A stretch of 64,000 bases of DNA from an uncultured Actinomycetota bacterium (GCA_963801905.1 CAWDGP010000014.1:16215-80214); one strand, 5' to 3'. Positions 1 through 11,206 are shown, counted from the stretch's first letter. Numbers and translations: made by a program. The notes: a model not told the origin generated them from the letters alone.

Positions 1-2345
<2,345 letters not shown>

Positions 2346-2391
2346 CCCGACAGTCAAGCAGTTAACCGACGCTTAATCGGCGGCCTGCGGC

Positions 2392-3549
2392 GTGCCGGAT
2401 ATAACCGGGAGGGTGCAGCAGGGGGACGTCATCCGCGCAGGTGCGTGGGTCGCCGTGGCAGGAGCAGGCGCAGGGCTCGCGCTCGCAGGCGCCGCGCTGA
2501 CCGGCAAGCTCGGGAGCTCGACGACCCTCGAGCAGATCACACCCACGTCCGCCGCGGCCTCGACGCTCGCGACGCCCGGTCGCGGGCTGTCGGTACAGGA
2601 GATCTTCCGCCTCGACGCGCCCGGCGTCGTCCGGATCAGCGACTCGACCGGCCCTGCGCCGGCCGCCGTCCATCAATCGCTCGGGTCGGGCTTCGTCATC
2701 GACAAGGCCGGTCACATAGTCACCTCGAACCTCGTGGTCTCCGGCGCCCGCGCCCTCAAGGTGAGCTTCTCGGGCAGCGACGAGGTCGACGCATCGATCA
2801 TCGGACACGACCCCACCACCGACGTGGCCGTCCTCCAGGTCGATGCCCATTCGCGGTCACTCAGCCCGCTGCCGCTCGGCGACTCCGACCTCGTCCAGGT
2901 CGGCGATCCGATCGTCGCTATCGGCAACTCCCGCAACCTCGACCGCACCGCGACAGTCGGCATCGTCAGCGGCGTCCAGCACGGCATCGACACCGCCGAC
3001 CCGGCGGCCGGAGGCCACGCCATCCAGACGGACGCCACCGTCGAGCACTCCGGCTCCGGTGGGCCGGTCATCAACACCCTCGGCCAGGTCATCGGCGTCA
3101 GCTCCCGGGCCGGCACCGTCATGCCCGGCATGGGGCTGGCGATCCCGATCGACACGGTGAAGTCCGTCGTCGCGCAGCTCCTCGAGACCGGGACCGTCCA
3201 GCACGTCTACCTCGGCGTGCAGGCAGCCCCGCTCAGCGAGAGCATCGCTCGCGCCTACGCGCTGCCCTGCGACTACGGGCTCATCGTCCAGGCCGTCACG
3301 CCCGGAAGCGGCGCCGCCGTTGCCGGGCTCCGCGCCGGGCACACCTCCGTCGTCGTCGCAGGCGAGTCGTACCTGATCGGAGGCGACATCATCGTCGCCG
3401 CCAACGGGCGGCCGGTCACGACCGACAGCCAGCTCCGCAATGTCGTCCAGGCCATGAAGCCCGGCGATACCCTCGCCCTTCAGATCTGGAGGGGCGACCG
3501 GAAGGAGACAGTCCACGTCAAGCTCGGGCAGCCGCCCACGCCACGCTAA
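2392..3549 (+). CDS. HtrA/DegP-family trypsin-like serine protease with C-terminal PDZ domain (catalytic His position reads Leu)
   Basis: 385-aa ORF. GSGFVIDKAGHIVTSNLVV aligns to the canonical GSGFVI..G.IVTNNHVV. It also has DVAVLQV (Asp), SGSGGPV (Ser) and a PDZ-like tail. An N-terminal hydrophobic segment is present. Confidence 0.85.
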   Translation: MPDITGRVQQGDVIRAGAWVAVAGAGAGLALAGAALTGKLGSSTTLEQITPTSAAASTLATPGRGLSVQEIFRLDAPGVVRISDSTGPAPAAVHQSLGSGFVIDKAGHIVTSNLVVSGARALKVSFSGSDEVDASIIGHDPTTDVAVLQVDAHSRSLSPLPLGDSDLVQVGDPIVAIGNSRNLDRTATVGIVSGVQHGIDTADPAAGGHAIQTDATVEHSGSGGPVINTLGQVIGVSSRAGTVMPGMGLAIPIDTVKSVVAQLLETGTVQHVYLGVQAAPLSESIARAYALPCDYGLIVQAVTPGSGAAVAGLRAGHTSVVVAGESYLIGGDIIVAANGRPVTTDSQLRNVVQAMKPGDTLALQIWRGDRKETVHVKLGQPPTPR

Positions 3550-3626
3550 CCACAACGCTTGGGCCCCGACGGAGATGGGGCCCGGACCCGAGGGAGCCGT
3601 CTAGCCAGCGCGGCCCCTCGGATGAG

Positions 3627-3672
3627 ATGGCCGCGACCCGCATGCCTGCCCGGGTCGCGGCCATTCTTTTCT
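3627..3672 (+). terminator. Rho-independent terminator downstream of the HtrA-like gene
   Basis: 14-bp stem ATGGCCGCGACCCG / CGGGTCGCGGCCAT followed by TCTTTTCT. A weaker hairpin GGGCCCC-N9-GGGGCCC lies at 3561-3583. Confidence 0.6.
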
Positions 3673-3826
3673 CACGGGTGAAACCTCGCGGTTTTCCTCC
3701 GTGGGCCCCCTTTCCCTTACGAGGGCCCGAGATGCCTGGCTGGGTTCGGTGCGGGTTCTAGGTCCCGACCGTGGCTGGCGCGGGCTCGCCGCCTGAGCCG
3801 GCATCCCCGCCGGTAAACGCCTTCGG

Positions 3827-4395
3827 CTACGCCTCGGCGATCGGGCGGCCGACCAGGAGGGCCTCTCGTACTTCGTCGTCGAGCTCTGCGAAGTGCGGGT
3901 CTGGGCGGACGGCTAGGGCGTCGAGGGTCTTCGAGAAGAAGCATCTCGCCGTTGCGGCCAGGGTTACGTCGAGGATGTCCTTGTCGGTCAGACCGAGGGC
4001 TCTCAGCTGTCTCATGGTCCTGTCGCGTGATCGCGGCAGGCGTCGTCGACGATCTTCTCGGCGAAGTCCATGACGGCGACGTCGATCTCGTCGAGGCCCG
4101 CGGCTCGGTGGTCGAGGGCGATGTCACGGATCGGCTCGTTGAATTGCTCGAGGAGGATCTTCCCGTGGGCGAGGCAGCAGTAGCTCGAGCGGAGGCGCCG
4201 GGCGGCGGCCAGGGTGACGAGCTCGTATCGGCGGAGATCCATGCCCGCCTTGATCGACATGTTCAGCTGCACCCAGGCTGCGTAGACCTCGGGGCGCTCG
4301 GCGAAGGCACGCTCGTAGTTCGCGGTCACCTGGGTGATTGTGGCACCCTGTGCGCGTGGAGAGGGGCTCGATCGTGTTCGGGGAGAGCACGACAC
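3827..4395 (-). pseudogene. Carboxymuconolactone decarboxylase / AhpD-like family protein, reading frame broken near 4012-4045
   Basis: ORF 4012-4395 (..RRLRSSYCCLAHGKILLEQF..DFAEKIVDDA) and ORF 3827-4015 (MRQLRALGLTDKDILDVTLAATARCFFSKTLDAL) are consecutive halves of one CMD-family protein in different frames. Confidence 0.6.
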
Positions 4396-4706
4396 GGACC
4401 GAGGACCAGGAGCTCTGGCACGAGGACGACTCGGACGGGCGCGACGGCTGGTTCTGCGTCAAGACGGATCCGTTCCCCTGCCCGGCGAACGGGTGCACCT
4501 ACGTCGCCGACTTCATGACCGCCGCGCACCTGATCCTCGTCTGGGAGGAGCAGGACGACCCCAACCTCCTGCGGCACGCCGCGAAGGCCCGCGACGTCGG
4601 CCGCAACCCGCGCATCGTCGGCTACCAGTCCGAATTCGGGCCCTCCGCCTCCTACTACGCGTGGATCGCCGCCGGCCGGCCCGTCCACGGCGTCAGGGCT
4701 CAGTAA
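4338..4706 (+). CDS. Conserved-looking Cys-containing small protein of unknown function (start uncertain; GTG ~4372 is preceded by GAGAGGGG)
   Basis: 122-aa ORF with non-shadow composition (..GWFCVKTDPFPCPANGCTYVADFMTAAHLILVWEEQDDPNLL..). Its stop overlaps the next start as TAATG. Confidence 0.6.
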   Translation: MWHPVRVERGSIVFGESTTRTEDQELWHEDDSDGRDGWFCVKTDPFPCPANGCTYVADFMTAAHLILVWEEQDDPNLLRHAAKARDVGRNPRIVGYQSEFGPSASYYAWIAAGRPVHGVRAQ

Positions 4707-4921
4707 TGGCGGCCGTCACCGAGAGGATCCGGGTCAAGGGGATCCGGTGCGAACGCTGCATGGCCCGCCTTGGGCACGTGCTCAACGGACACGAAGGCCT
4801 CGAGTCGGCGAACGCCACACTCACGGGCGAGGTCACCCTCGCCTGGGACGACGAGGTCACCTCGCGCGAGGCGCTCCTCGCGGCGATGAAGCGTGGCGGC
4901 TTCAGCGAAGTCGCCGACTAG
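4706..4921 (+). CDS. Heavy-metal-associated (HMA)-like small protein with a CxxC motif
   Basis: MAAVTERIRVKGIRCERCMARLGHVLNGHEGLESANATLTGEVTLAWDDEV.. has a ferredoxin-like HMA pattern. ATG 4706 overlaps the upstream TAA. Confidence 0.7.
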   Translation: MAAVTERIRVKGIRCERCMARLGHVLNGHEGLESANATLTGEVTLAWDDEVTSREALLAAMKRGGFSEVAD

Positions 4922-4947
4922 GGAATCGCGGCGAACGGGTGGGCGTT
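4922..4947 (+). promoter_or_regulatory. SigR/SigH-type ECF promoter (GGAAT-N18-GTT) upstream of the ECF sigma gene
   Basis: GGAAT at 4922-4926, exactly 18 nt, then GTT at 4945-4947, ending 27 nt before the sigma ATG. Confidence 0.6.
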
Positions 4948-4973
4948 ATACCCATTGATAGGGTGGCCGCACG

Positions 4974-5564
4974 ATGAGCGAAGGCTCTCCGACGGCCGCG
5001 GAAACGAGGCGCATTGCAGAGGAGGCGCGTGACCGTGTTCGCTTCGAGGAGGAAGCGCTGGAGCTCAGCGATCAGGTTTACCGGGTCGCACGCCGCCTCG
5101 CCGGCTCGCGCGAGGAAGCAGAGGATCTAGTGCAGGACACCTACGCACGCGCATTCCGCGCCTGGCAGCAATACACGCCCGGGACCAATCTCCGCGCCTG
5201 GCTGCTCCGAATTCTCACGAACCTGAACATCGACCGCGGCCGGCGCGCGCAGCGCAGCCCTGACACCCAGCCGCTCGAGGAAGGCGACTACTTCCTCTAC
5301 AACAAGCTCGAGTCGACGCTGCCCGATGAGAACCCCGACGAGGAGCGCGTGATCGAGCGGCTCTCGCAGAACTCCGTCGTCGACGCACTCGCCGAGGTTC
5401 CTCACGACTTCCGCGACGTCATCGTTCTCGTCGACATCGGCGAGTTCTCCTACGCCGACGCCGCGCAGATCCTCGACATCCCCGTCGGCACCGTCATGTC
5501 GCGGCTCCACCGCGGCCGTCGAATCCTCAAGCAGCGGCTCGCTGACAAGGCGGTGACCGCCTGA
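4974..5564 (+). CDS. ECF RNA polymerase sigma factor, SigH/SigR-like
   Basis: Region 2 (DLVQDTYARAFRAW, RILTNLNIDRGRR) and region 4 (FSYADAAQILDIPVGTVMSRLHRGR). A ZAS anti-sigma follows with a 1-nt overlap. Confidence 0.9.
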   Translation: MSEGSPTAAETRRIAEEARDRVRFEEEALELSDQVYRVARRLAGSREEAEDLVQDTYARAFRAWQQYTPGTNLRAWLLRILTNLNIDRGRRAQRSPDTQPLEEGDYFLYNKLESTLPDENPDEERVIERLSQNSVVDALAEVPHDFRDVIVLVDIGEFSYADAAQILDIPVGTVMSRLHRGRRILKQRLADKAVTA

Positions 5565-5800
5565 TGGGCTGTGGCTGTGGAGACTGCGAGGAGATGATGC
5601 AGCCCTACATGGACGGCATGCTCTCGGACGAAGAGGTGATCGAGGCGCGCGAGCATCTGGAGCGCTGTCCCTGGTGCGACCGGCGCTACCGCTTCGAGTC
5701 GGATCTGCGCCACTTCGTCCGTGTCGCGACGGAGGAGCCCATGTCGCCCGGGCTCCGCGAGAGGCTCGAGAGCCTCCGGACCCCCGGCTCGGCCGCCTGA
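5564..5800 (+). CDS. Zinc-binding anti-sigma factor (ZAS), RsrA/RshA-like
   Basis: 78 aa with HLERCPWC (H-x3-C-x2-C) plus N-terminal Cys residues (GCGCGDCEE). Translationally coupled to the sigma gene. Confidence 0.85.
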   Translation: MGCGCGDCEEMMQPYMDGMLSDEEVIEAREHLERCPWCDRRYRFESDLRHFVRVATEEPMSPGLRERLESLRTPGSAA

Positions 5801-6417
5801 GAGGGGCGCTGGCAGCAGGAGCCGTGGCCGCAGCCGTAGTGATCGGCCACGCCCAGGGCGCCACCCCGCGGCCCGTCAGGGTGGTCGTCGTTGGCGACTC
5901 GATCGCGGCTGCGCTCGCCTACCAGCCCTCGATGGAACGCGCGATCGCCAAAGGCTTCAACGTCAAGTTCGACCTCCAGGTCTGTCGTCGCCTCGCAAGC
6001 GCCGGCTGCCCCTACAACGGCGGCGTCCCGTCCTCGGCTCTCGACGCCGTCAGGGCCGCCGGCCGCGGCATCGGCGACGTCCTCGTCGTCGACGTCGGCT
6101 ACAACGACGACCCGACGGTGTACGGCAGGCAGATGGCCGAGATCATCCGGACGGCCAAGGCCGGAGGCGTCAAGCAGATCGTCTGGGTCAACCTGCGCGA
6201 GACCGAGCCCGGCTTCACGCAGATCAACGCGGCGATCCGTGCCGAGGCGCAGCGCTTCCCGCTCGTGCAGGTCGCCGACTGGAGCTCCTGGAGCGACGGG
6301 AAGCCATGGTTCCGCTCGGACGGCCTCCATCTCACCGACGCCGGCGCCGACGGCCTCGCGCTGATGCTCCGCGTCTACATCGTGAGCGCCGCCCAGGCGG
6401 CAGCGGCTACCCCGTAG
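5674..6417 (+). CDS. Secreted SGNH/GDSL hydrolase (true start probably downstream, e.g. GTG 5824)
   Basis: VVVGDSIAA (block I), VDVGYNDD, SDGLHLT (block V). The first ~50 codons overlap the anti-sigma gene and are Arg-rich. Confidence 0.75.
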   Translation: MRPALPLRVGSAPLRPCRDGGAHVARAPREAREPPDPRLGRLRGALAAGAVAAAVVIGHAQGATPRPVRVVVVGDSIAAALAYQPSMERAIAKGFNVKFDLQVCRRLASAGCPYNGGVPSSALDAVRAAGRGIGDVLVVDVGYNDDPTVYGRQMAEIIRTAKAGGVKQIVWVNLRETEPGFTQINAAIRAEAQRFPLVQVADWSSWSDGKPWFRSDGLHLTDAGADGLALMLRVYIVSAAQAAAATP

Positions 6418-7468
6418 CCGTCGCGCTTCGCCGCCAGCTCGTCAGGTCGTAGGCCTCGTTCAGGTCCTTCAGCACCTGCCGGGCCACGATCGCGGCCCCC
6501 GCGGGCGAGAAGTGCACGCCGTCGGGAGCCCGCACGTCCTGCACCTCACCGGAGAGGGTCGTCAGGTACTCCGCGTAACCGCCGTCAGGCCCGGCCAGGA
6601 GCGAGTAGGTGTCGAGGTAGGCCGCCCCGCCCGGGCGCTTGTCGATCTCCTGCGCCACGACGCCGTTGATCGCGTCGAACCTGGCAGTCTGCGCGGGGTC
6701 CCGAGTGATTGGAAGCCCGACCCAGACGACATAGGCTCCGGCGCGGTTGATCAGGTCGATCAAGCCGCCGACGCGGCGAGCGTACTCGCGTCGCCACGCC
6801 GGGTCGTTGAACTCCGTGATCGTGACCCCGGACGGCAATCCCGTCATGTACTGCTTGTCGTCGTTGCCCCCGAACCCGAGGACGACGGCGTTCGGGTGCA
6901 GAGCCTTCAGCTCGCGGCGGATCTCGAGAAACCAGTTGAAGACGTCGGGCCGGTCGAGCCCGGTGCCGATCCTGCCGTCCACCCCGCCGACGCTCTTGAT
7001 CACAGGCGTCGCGAGCGCCGCACGCTGGAGCGCGTACCCCGTGTCGATGATCAGCGAGTCGCCGGCCACCCACAGCCGGAGCGGGTCCGAGGGCGTGAAT
7101 GCCTTCCGTACCACCGACGGGTCTCCCGGGACCGCGGCGTGCGTGGAGAGGACCGGCCGCGGTTGTGCGAGCGGGGCGACCGGAGGCGGGAGGGCGACGC
7201 GCGTGTCGATCGAGTCGTCACCCGACCGCCCGATCGCCTCCTTGAGCCAGGAGCGCGGCCGGTCGAGCCGGAGTGCGTCGCTCACGGTCGCAAGCCCGCC
7301 GGTGAGCGCCAGCGCCACCGTCCGCTCGGTTCCCGCCGGCTGGTTGAAGGCCGACTTGTGCAGGCCGCGGGCGTCGAGGAGGAGGCCGAAGACGAGCGCG
7401 AGCAGGATCACGGCGAGCGCCCGCCCTGCGGAGCTCAGCCTGCGTCCGTCGATCTCGGCGGCCCTCAT
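6407..7468 (-). CDS. Membrane-anchored SGNH hydrolase (DUF459-like), partner of the MBOAT acyltransferase
   Basis: MRAAEIDGRRLSSAGRALAVILLALVFGLLL.. TM anchor, then LWVAGDSLIID, GFGGNDD, PDGVHFS. ATG 7468 overlaps the MBOAT stop (ATGA). Confidence 0.8.
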   Translation of the reverse strand: MRAAEIDGRRLSSAGRALAVILLALVFGLLLDARGLHKSAFNQPAGTERTVALALTGGLATVSDALRLDRPRSWLKEAIGRSGDDSIDTRVALPPPVAPLAQPRPVLSTHAAVPGDPSVVRKAFTPSDPLRLWVAGDSLIIDTGYALQRAALATPVIKSVGGVDGRIGTGLDRPDVFNWFLEIRRELKALHPNAVVLGFGGNDDKQYMTGLPSGVTITEFNDPAWRREYARRVGGLIDLINRAGAYVVWVGLPITRDPAQTARFDAINGVVAQEIDKRPGGAAYLDTYSLLAGPDGGYAEYLTTLSGEVQDVRAPDGVHFSPAGAAIVARQVLKDLNEAYDLTSWRRSATATG

Positions 7469-8886
7469 CAGAAGCGGTAGTAGATGAAGGGAGCGACGCC
7501 TTGCGGGCCCATCGCGTTGGCGAGCATCAGCGCGGCGCCGAGCGCGGCCGCCTGCCCGACCACGGGCAGCCGCGAGAAGCGCGCCTGGAGGTCGAGCGGG
7601 AACCGCTTCGGCAGGTACTGCGAGCCGATCCCGACCACGATCCACAGGAGCACGCCCGCCGTCACGAGCGGCGAGGGCTCGCCCCAGCCTGTGACGAGGC
7701 CGCTGATCATCTCCCAGGCGCGCGACAGCGAGTCGGAGCGGAAGAAGATCCAGGCGAAGCAGACGACGTTGAACGTCACGAGCCGCTGCACCCAGATGCG
7801 CGCGGCGCCCGGCTCCTTCACGACCGCGCCGGCCCGGTCGCGCCGCCACCGCTCGAGCGCAAGTCCTGTCCCGTGGATGCCGCCCCACACGACGAACGTC
7901 CACGACGCCCCGTGCCACAGGCCGCCGAGGAGCATCGTCACCATCAGGTTCACGTACGTCCGGACGCGGCCCTTCCGGTTGCCGCCGAGCGGGATGTAGA
8001 GGTAGTCGCGCAGCCATCGCGAGAGCGTCATGTGCCAGCGTCGCCAGAAGGCCTGGAGGGACGTCGCCGCGTACGGTGAGTCGAAGTTCTGCGGGAAGGT
8101 GAACCCGAGGAGCAGCGCGATCCCGATTGCCATGTCGGTGTAGCCGGAGAAGTCGGCGTAGATCTGGACGGCGTAGGCGTAGGTCGCGACGAGGATCTCG
8201 AGCGACGAGTGGCTTCCCGGCACGGCGAAGACCTGGTCGGTGATGTGCGCCGCCAGGTAGTTCGCGATCACGACCTTCTTGAAGAGGCCGGTCGCGATCA
8301 GGTAGAAGGCGCGGCTCGTGTCGACGCGCCGCGGATCCCTGCGCACCTCCATCTGGGGGATCAGCTCGCTGCCCCGGACGATCGGTCCCGCGACGAGATG
8401 CGGGAAGAACGAGAGGTAGGCAGCGAACTTCCCGAGCGTCACCGGCTTGAAGTCGCGCCGGTAGGTGTCGACGACGTAGCTGATCGCCATGAAGGTGTAG
8501 AAGGAGATCCCGATCGGCAGGACGATCGAGCGCGTGTCGAGCGGTAGCCCGATCCCGACCTGCACGGCCAGGTTGTGCGACGAGCTGACGAAGAAGTCGT
8601 AGTACTTGAAGTAGCCGAGCACGGCCAGGTCGCCGGCCACCGCGATCCAGAGCAGCAGCTTCCGCGTCCGCTCCTCCGTGCTGCGGTCGATCCGCACCGC
8701 CAGGACGTGGTTCCAGATCGTGCACCCGGCGAGGAGGAAGACGAAGTGCCAGTCCCACCAGCCGTAGAAGACGTAGCTCGCGGCGATGATGAACACCCGC
8801 CAGCGCCGCATGTCGCTCATCGCAAGCCACGAGAGCGGCAACACGACGAGGAAAAAGATCGTGAAAGTGGCGGTCGGGAAGATCAT
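7468..8886 (-). CDS. MBOAT-family membrane O-acyltransferase (AlgI/DltB/PatA-like)
   Basis: 472 aa, multi-TM. Motifs SFYTFMAISYVVD, FWRRWHMTLSRWLRDYLYIPLGG, LGGLWHGASW (conserved His). Confidence 0.9.
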   Translation of the reverse strand: MIFPTATFTIFFLVVLPLSWLAMSDMRRWRVFIIAASYVFYGWWDWHFVFLLAGCTIWNHVLAVRIDRSTEERTRKLLLWIAVAGDLAVLGYFKYYDFFVSSSHNLAVQVGIGLPLDTRSIVLPIGISFYTFMAISYVVDTYRRDFKPVTLGKFAAYLSFFPHLVAGPIVRGSELIPQMEVRRDPRRVDTSRAFYLIATGLFKKVVIANYLAAHITDQVFAVPGSHSSLEILVATYAYAVQIYADFSGYTDMAIGIALLLGFTFPQNFDSPYAATSLQAFWRRWHMTLSRWLRDYLYIPLGGNRKGRVRTYVNLMVTMLLGGLWHGASWTFVVWGGIHGTGLALERWRRDRAGAVVKEPGAARIWVQRLVTFNVVCFAWIFFRSDSLSRAWEMISGLVTGWGEPSPLVTAGVLLWIVVGIGSQYLPKRFPLDLQARFSRLPVVGQAAALGAALMLANAMGPQGVAPFIYYRF

Positions 8887-8983
8887 CGGTAGTTATGTAG
8901 CTGCGACTCGTCGCCGGAGCCGGGCTCTGCCCGGCGGGAGGCTCTCTACGACCGTTGGATAGTCGCGGTTAAGGAGGGGGCAC

Positions 8984-9008
8984 GTGGGGGAACCCCGGGT
9001 TCCCCCAC
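8984..9008 (-). terminator. Perfect GC-rich hairpin between the mocA-like stop and the MBOAT start
   Basis: GTGGGGGAACC-CCG-GGTTCCCCCAC, a perfect 11-bp inverted repeat. No clear U-tract. Confidence 0.45.
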
Positions 9009-9044
9009 GATTAAGGTCGGGAAGATCACGTCCGACCTCTGTGG

Positions 9045-9569
9045 CTATAGGTCGCGGGCGAGGTCGGGCGTGTCGATGTCGCCCGGTGGGGTGAGGTCGT
9101 CGCAGGGGATCAGGAGGACATCGAGCCCGCGCCCGCCGTCATCGGGGATCTTGTCCCAGAGGCTTCGCGCGATCACCGCGGGATGGCTTCGCGTCCCGTC
9201 GTAGCTCGCGGCGACGAACTCGGCCTGGTCGCGGTGGGCGAGCACGCGCTCGACCGCGCGCGGATCGAGATACGGCCCGTCTGCGAGCACCACCAGCGCG
9301 GAGTCGGCGGTGTCGCCGAGGGCGGCAAGCCCGCAGCGGAGGCTCGCGCCGGGCCCGAGCGCCCAATCGGGGCACGAGACGACCCGTGCCTCTTCGAGCT
9401 CGATCGACTCGCTCTCCTCGATCGGATAGGCGCCCGACACGATCACGATCTCGTCGACCGGCGCGGCCCGAAGCCCGTCGAGCACGTATGGAAGCAGCAG
9501 CAACTGCTTCGGCGAGCCGAACCGTGTGGCGGCGCCGGCGGCGAGGACGACGGCGGAGATCATTGCCAT
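9045..9569 (-). CDS. MobA/MocA-like nucleotidyltransferase (molybdenum cofactor cytidylyltransferase-like)
   Basis: MAMISAVVLAAGAATRFGSPKQLL.. N-terminal NTP-transferase motif. Located beside a xanthine-dehydrogenase-family operon. Confidence 0.8.
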   Translation of the reverse strand: MAMISAVVLAAGAATRFGSPKQLLLLPYVLDGLRAAPVDEIVIVSGAYPIEESESIELEEARVVSCPDWALGPGASLRCGLAALGDTADSALVVLADGPYLDPRAVERVLAHRDQAEFVAASYDGTRSHPAVIARSLWDKIPDDGGRGLDVLLIPCDDLTPPGDIDTPDLARDL

Positions 9570-9676
9570 TTCCCGCGACCCTGCCTCGGCGGGCGTCTGG
9601 CATCGAGCGGGAAATGGCTAGAGAGAACCCTTTCTCTAGACACTTCCCGAGCGACGAGGCCGGCCCTGTTCAACGA

Positions 9677-10375
9677 TCAGCCGGGAAGTGTCTTGACAGT
9701 GGCGCGCTGGATCTCGACGACCTGCGTCGGCTGCTGTGAGGCGTCGCCGAGGGTGCCGATGCGGTCGACGACGCCGAGGCCCTTGATCACCGTGCCGATG
9801 ATCGCGTAGTCGGGAGGTAGCCCGGCGTTCTTCACCGTGACGATGAAGAACTGGCTGCCCGCCGTCCCGGCGGCCTCGGTGGCGGTCTTCGCCATTGCGA
9901 CGACGCCGTGCGTGTACGACGCGGTCTTCGGCGGGGTGTCGACGGTCGAGTAGCCGGGGCCGCCGGTGCCGGTCGCGGTCGGGTCGCCGCCCTGAATCAC
10001 GAACCCGGGGACGATCCGGTGGAAGATCGTCTCGTCGAAGAACCCCTTCTGCACGAGCGAGACGAACGACGCGGTGGCGTTCGGCGACTGCTTCTGATCC
10101 ATGCGGATCGTGAAGGCCCCGCAGTTGGTGATCATCGTGACGTCGTAGATCTTGCCCGGCGTGAGCTGCAGGCTCGGCTTCTCCTCCTTCCTCGGGGTGA
10201 GCGAAGATGGCGCAGCGACGGTGATGCACCCGTTCTGCTTGGCGGCCGTCGTGGTGGTCGAGGCAGCGGTGCTGGTGGTGGTCGTCGTCTCGGCCTTCTT
10301 GCCGCCGCCGCACGCCGCCAGCAGCGCGGGCAGGACGAGCGCCGCCGCGAGCGCAATCGTGATGCGGCCTCTCAT
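9677..10375 (-). CDS. Cyclophilin-type peptidyl-prolyl cis-trans isomerase, lipoprotein
   Basis: Signal peptide with lipobox ALLAAC, Thr-rich linker, and FHRIVPGFVIQGGDP..GSQFFI cyclophilin motifs. Confidence 0.9.
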   Translation of the reverse strand: MRGRITIALAAALVLPALLAACGGGKKAETTTTTSTAASTTTTAAKQNGCITVAAPSSLTPRKEEKPSLQLTPGKIYDVTMITNCGAFTIRMDQKQSPNATASFVSLVQKGFFDETIFHRIVPGFVIQGGDPTATGTGGPGYSTVDTPPKTASYTHGVVAMAKTATEAAGTAGSQFFIVTVKNAGLPPDYAIIGTVIKGLGVVDRIGTLGDASQQPTQVVEIQRATVKTLPG

Positions 10376-11206
10376 GCGGGCCGGATGCTAGCGAGCGCTC
10401 GGTCGACGAGCGCCCGGGCAACCTCCACCTTCCAGGCGCTCCCGGGAAGCGGCGTCGCCTCGTCGAAGCCCCCGTCGAGCACCCACGGGATCGGCGCGAC
10501 TCCGGCGAGCGCCACCGTGGTCGTCTCGCCGCGCCGCACCGCGGCCACCCCGACGAGCGGGAACCCGAAGCTCTTGCGGTCCATCGCCTTCAGGTAGGCG
10601 GAGGCGTCCGCGGGAGTGACCTCGAGCTCGAGGAGCACCTCACCGGGCTCGAGCACGATCGTTCGCGCGTCGGCGGCGTCGGGTAGCCGGTAGAGCTCGG
10701 TGAGCGCGACCTCGCGTTCCGTCGTCCGGACGCGCGCGCCGAGCGCGGCGAGCGCGGCAGCGACGTCCGACGGATGCGCCGACGCGCAGAAGCCGTTCGC
10801 GAAGATCGCGTGCTCGCGATGCTCGCCGTCTCGAGCATGACAGTCGTCTCCTCCGCGCAGCCGGCAGTCGTAGCCTGCCCTCCAGTACCAGCAGCGGGTC
10901 GACTGGAGCAGGTTGCCGCCGACCGTGCCCATCGACCGGAGCTGCGGCGACGCGGCGAGCCGGCAGGCCTCGCGGAGCGCCTCCGGGATCGCGTCGCTCG
11001 CCTCGAGCTCGGCAAGAGTCGTGCCCGCGCCTATCCGCGTGCCGTCGATCCCGCGCGGAACGAGGCGCGGAGACGTCGACGAGCGTCGTCGGCCGTCGAG
11101 CAGCCCCTCCTTGAGCTGCGGCACGACCTCGGTGCCGCCCGCGAGCAGCACGGCGTCCGACCGGAATGTCCTCGAGGCTCGCCGGCGTGACCAGCGCCGC
11201 TCTCAC
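10372..11206 (-). pseudogene. Xanthine dehydrogenase-family FAD-binding subunit (CoxM/XdhB-like), N-terminal frame break near 11151-11170
   Basis: GTG 11206 overlaps the large-subunit stop (GTGA) and encodes VRAALVTPASLEDI. The family continues in another frame as SDAVLLAGGTEVVPQLKEG..MGTVGGNL... Confidence 0.7.

Noticed and set aside
6407-8830. 807-aa ORF, together with the 746-aa (41243-43483), 850-aa (11203-13755), 676-aa (30532-32562) and 663-aa (33607-35598) ORFs.
   Set aside because: Only the C-terminal part of each is a real gene. The N-terminal extensions are alternative frames of the upstream gene, are Arg-rich, and ignore the obvious overlapping start codons (ATGA/GTGA junctions).
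8971-9044. AAGGAGGGGG followed by GTG at 8984, considered as a small-gene start.
   Set aside because: The translation (VGEPRVPPRLRSGRSRP..) is shadow-like, and the GTG is the first base of a perfect hairpin. It is more likely a structural or terminator element.
10640-11206. A second alternative-frame match (PTTLVDVS, resembling the L-V-D-I-S motif of FAD subunits) that would suggest extra compensating frameshifts inside the FAD-subunit gene.
   Set aside because: It is a single short motif that could arise by chance in high-GC alternative frames. Only the N-terminal break, which is supported by the GTGA start/stop overlap, is reported.
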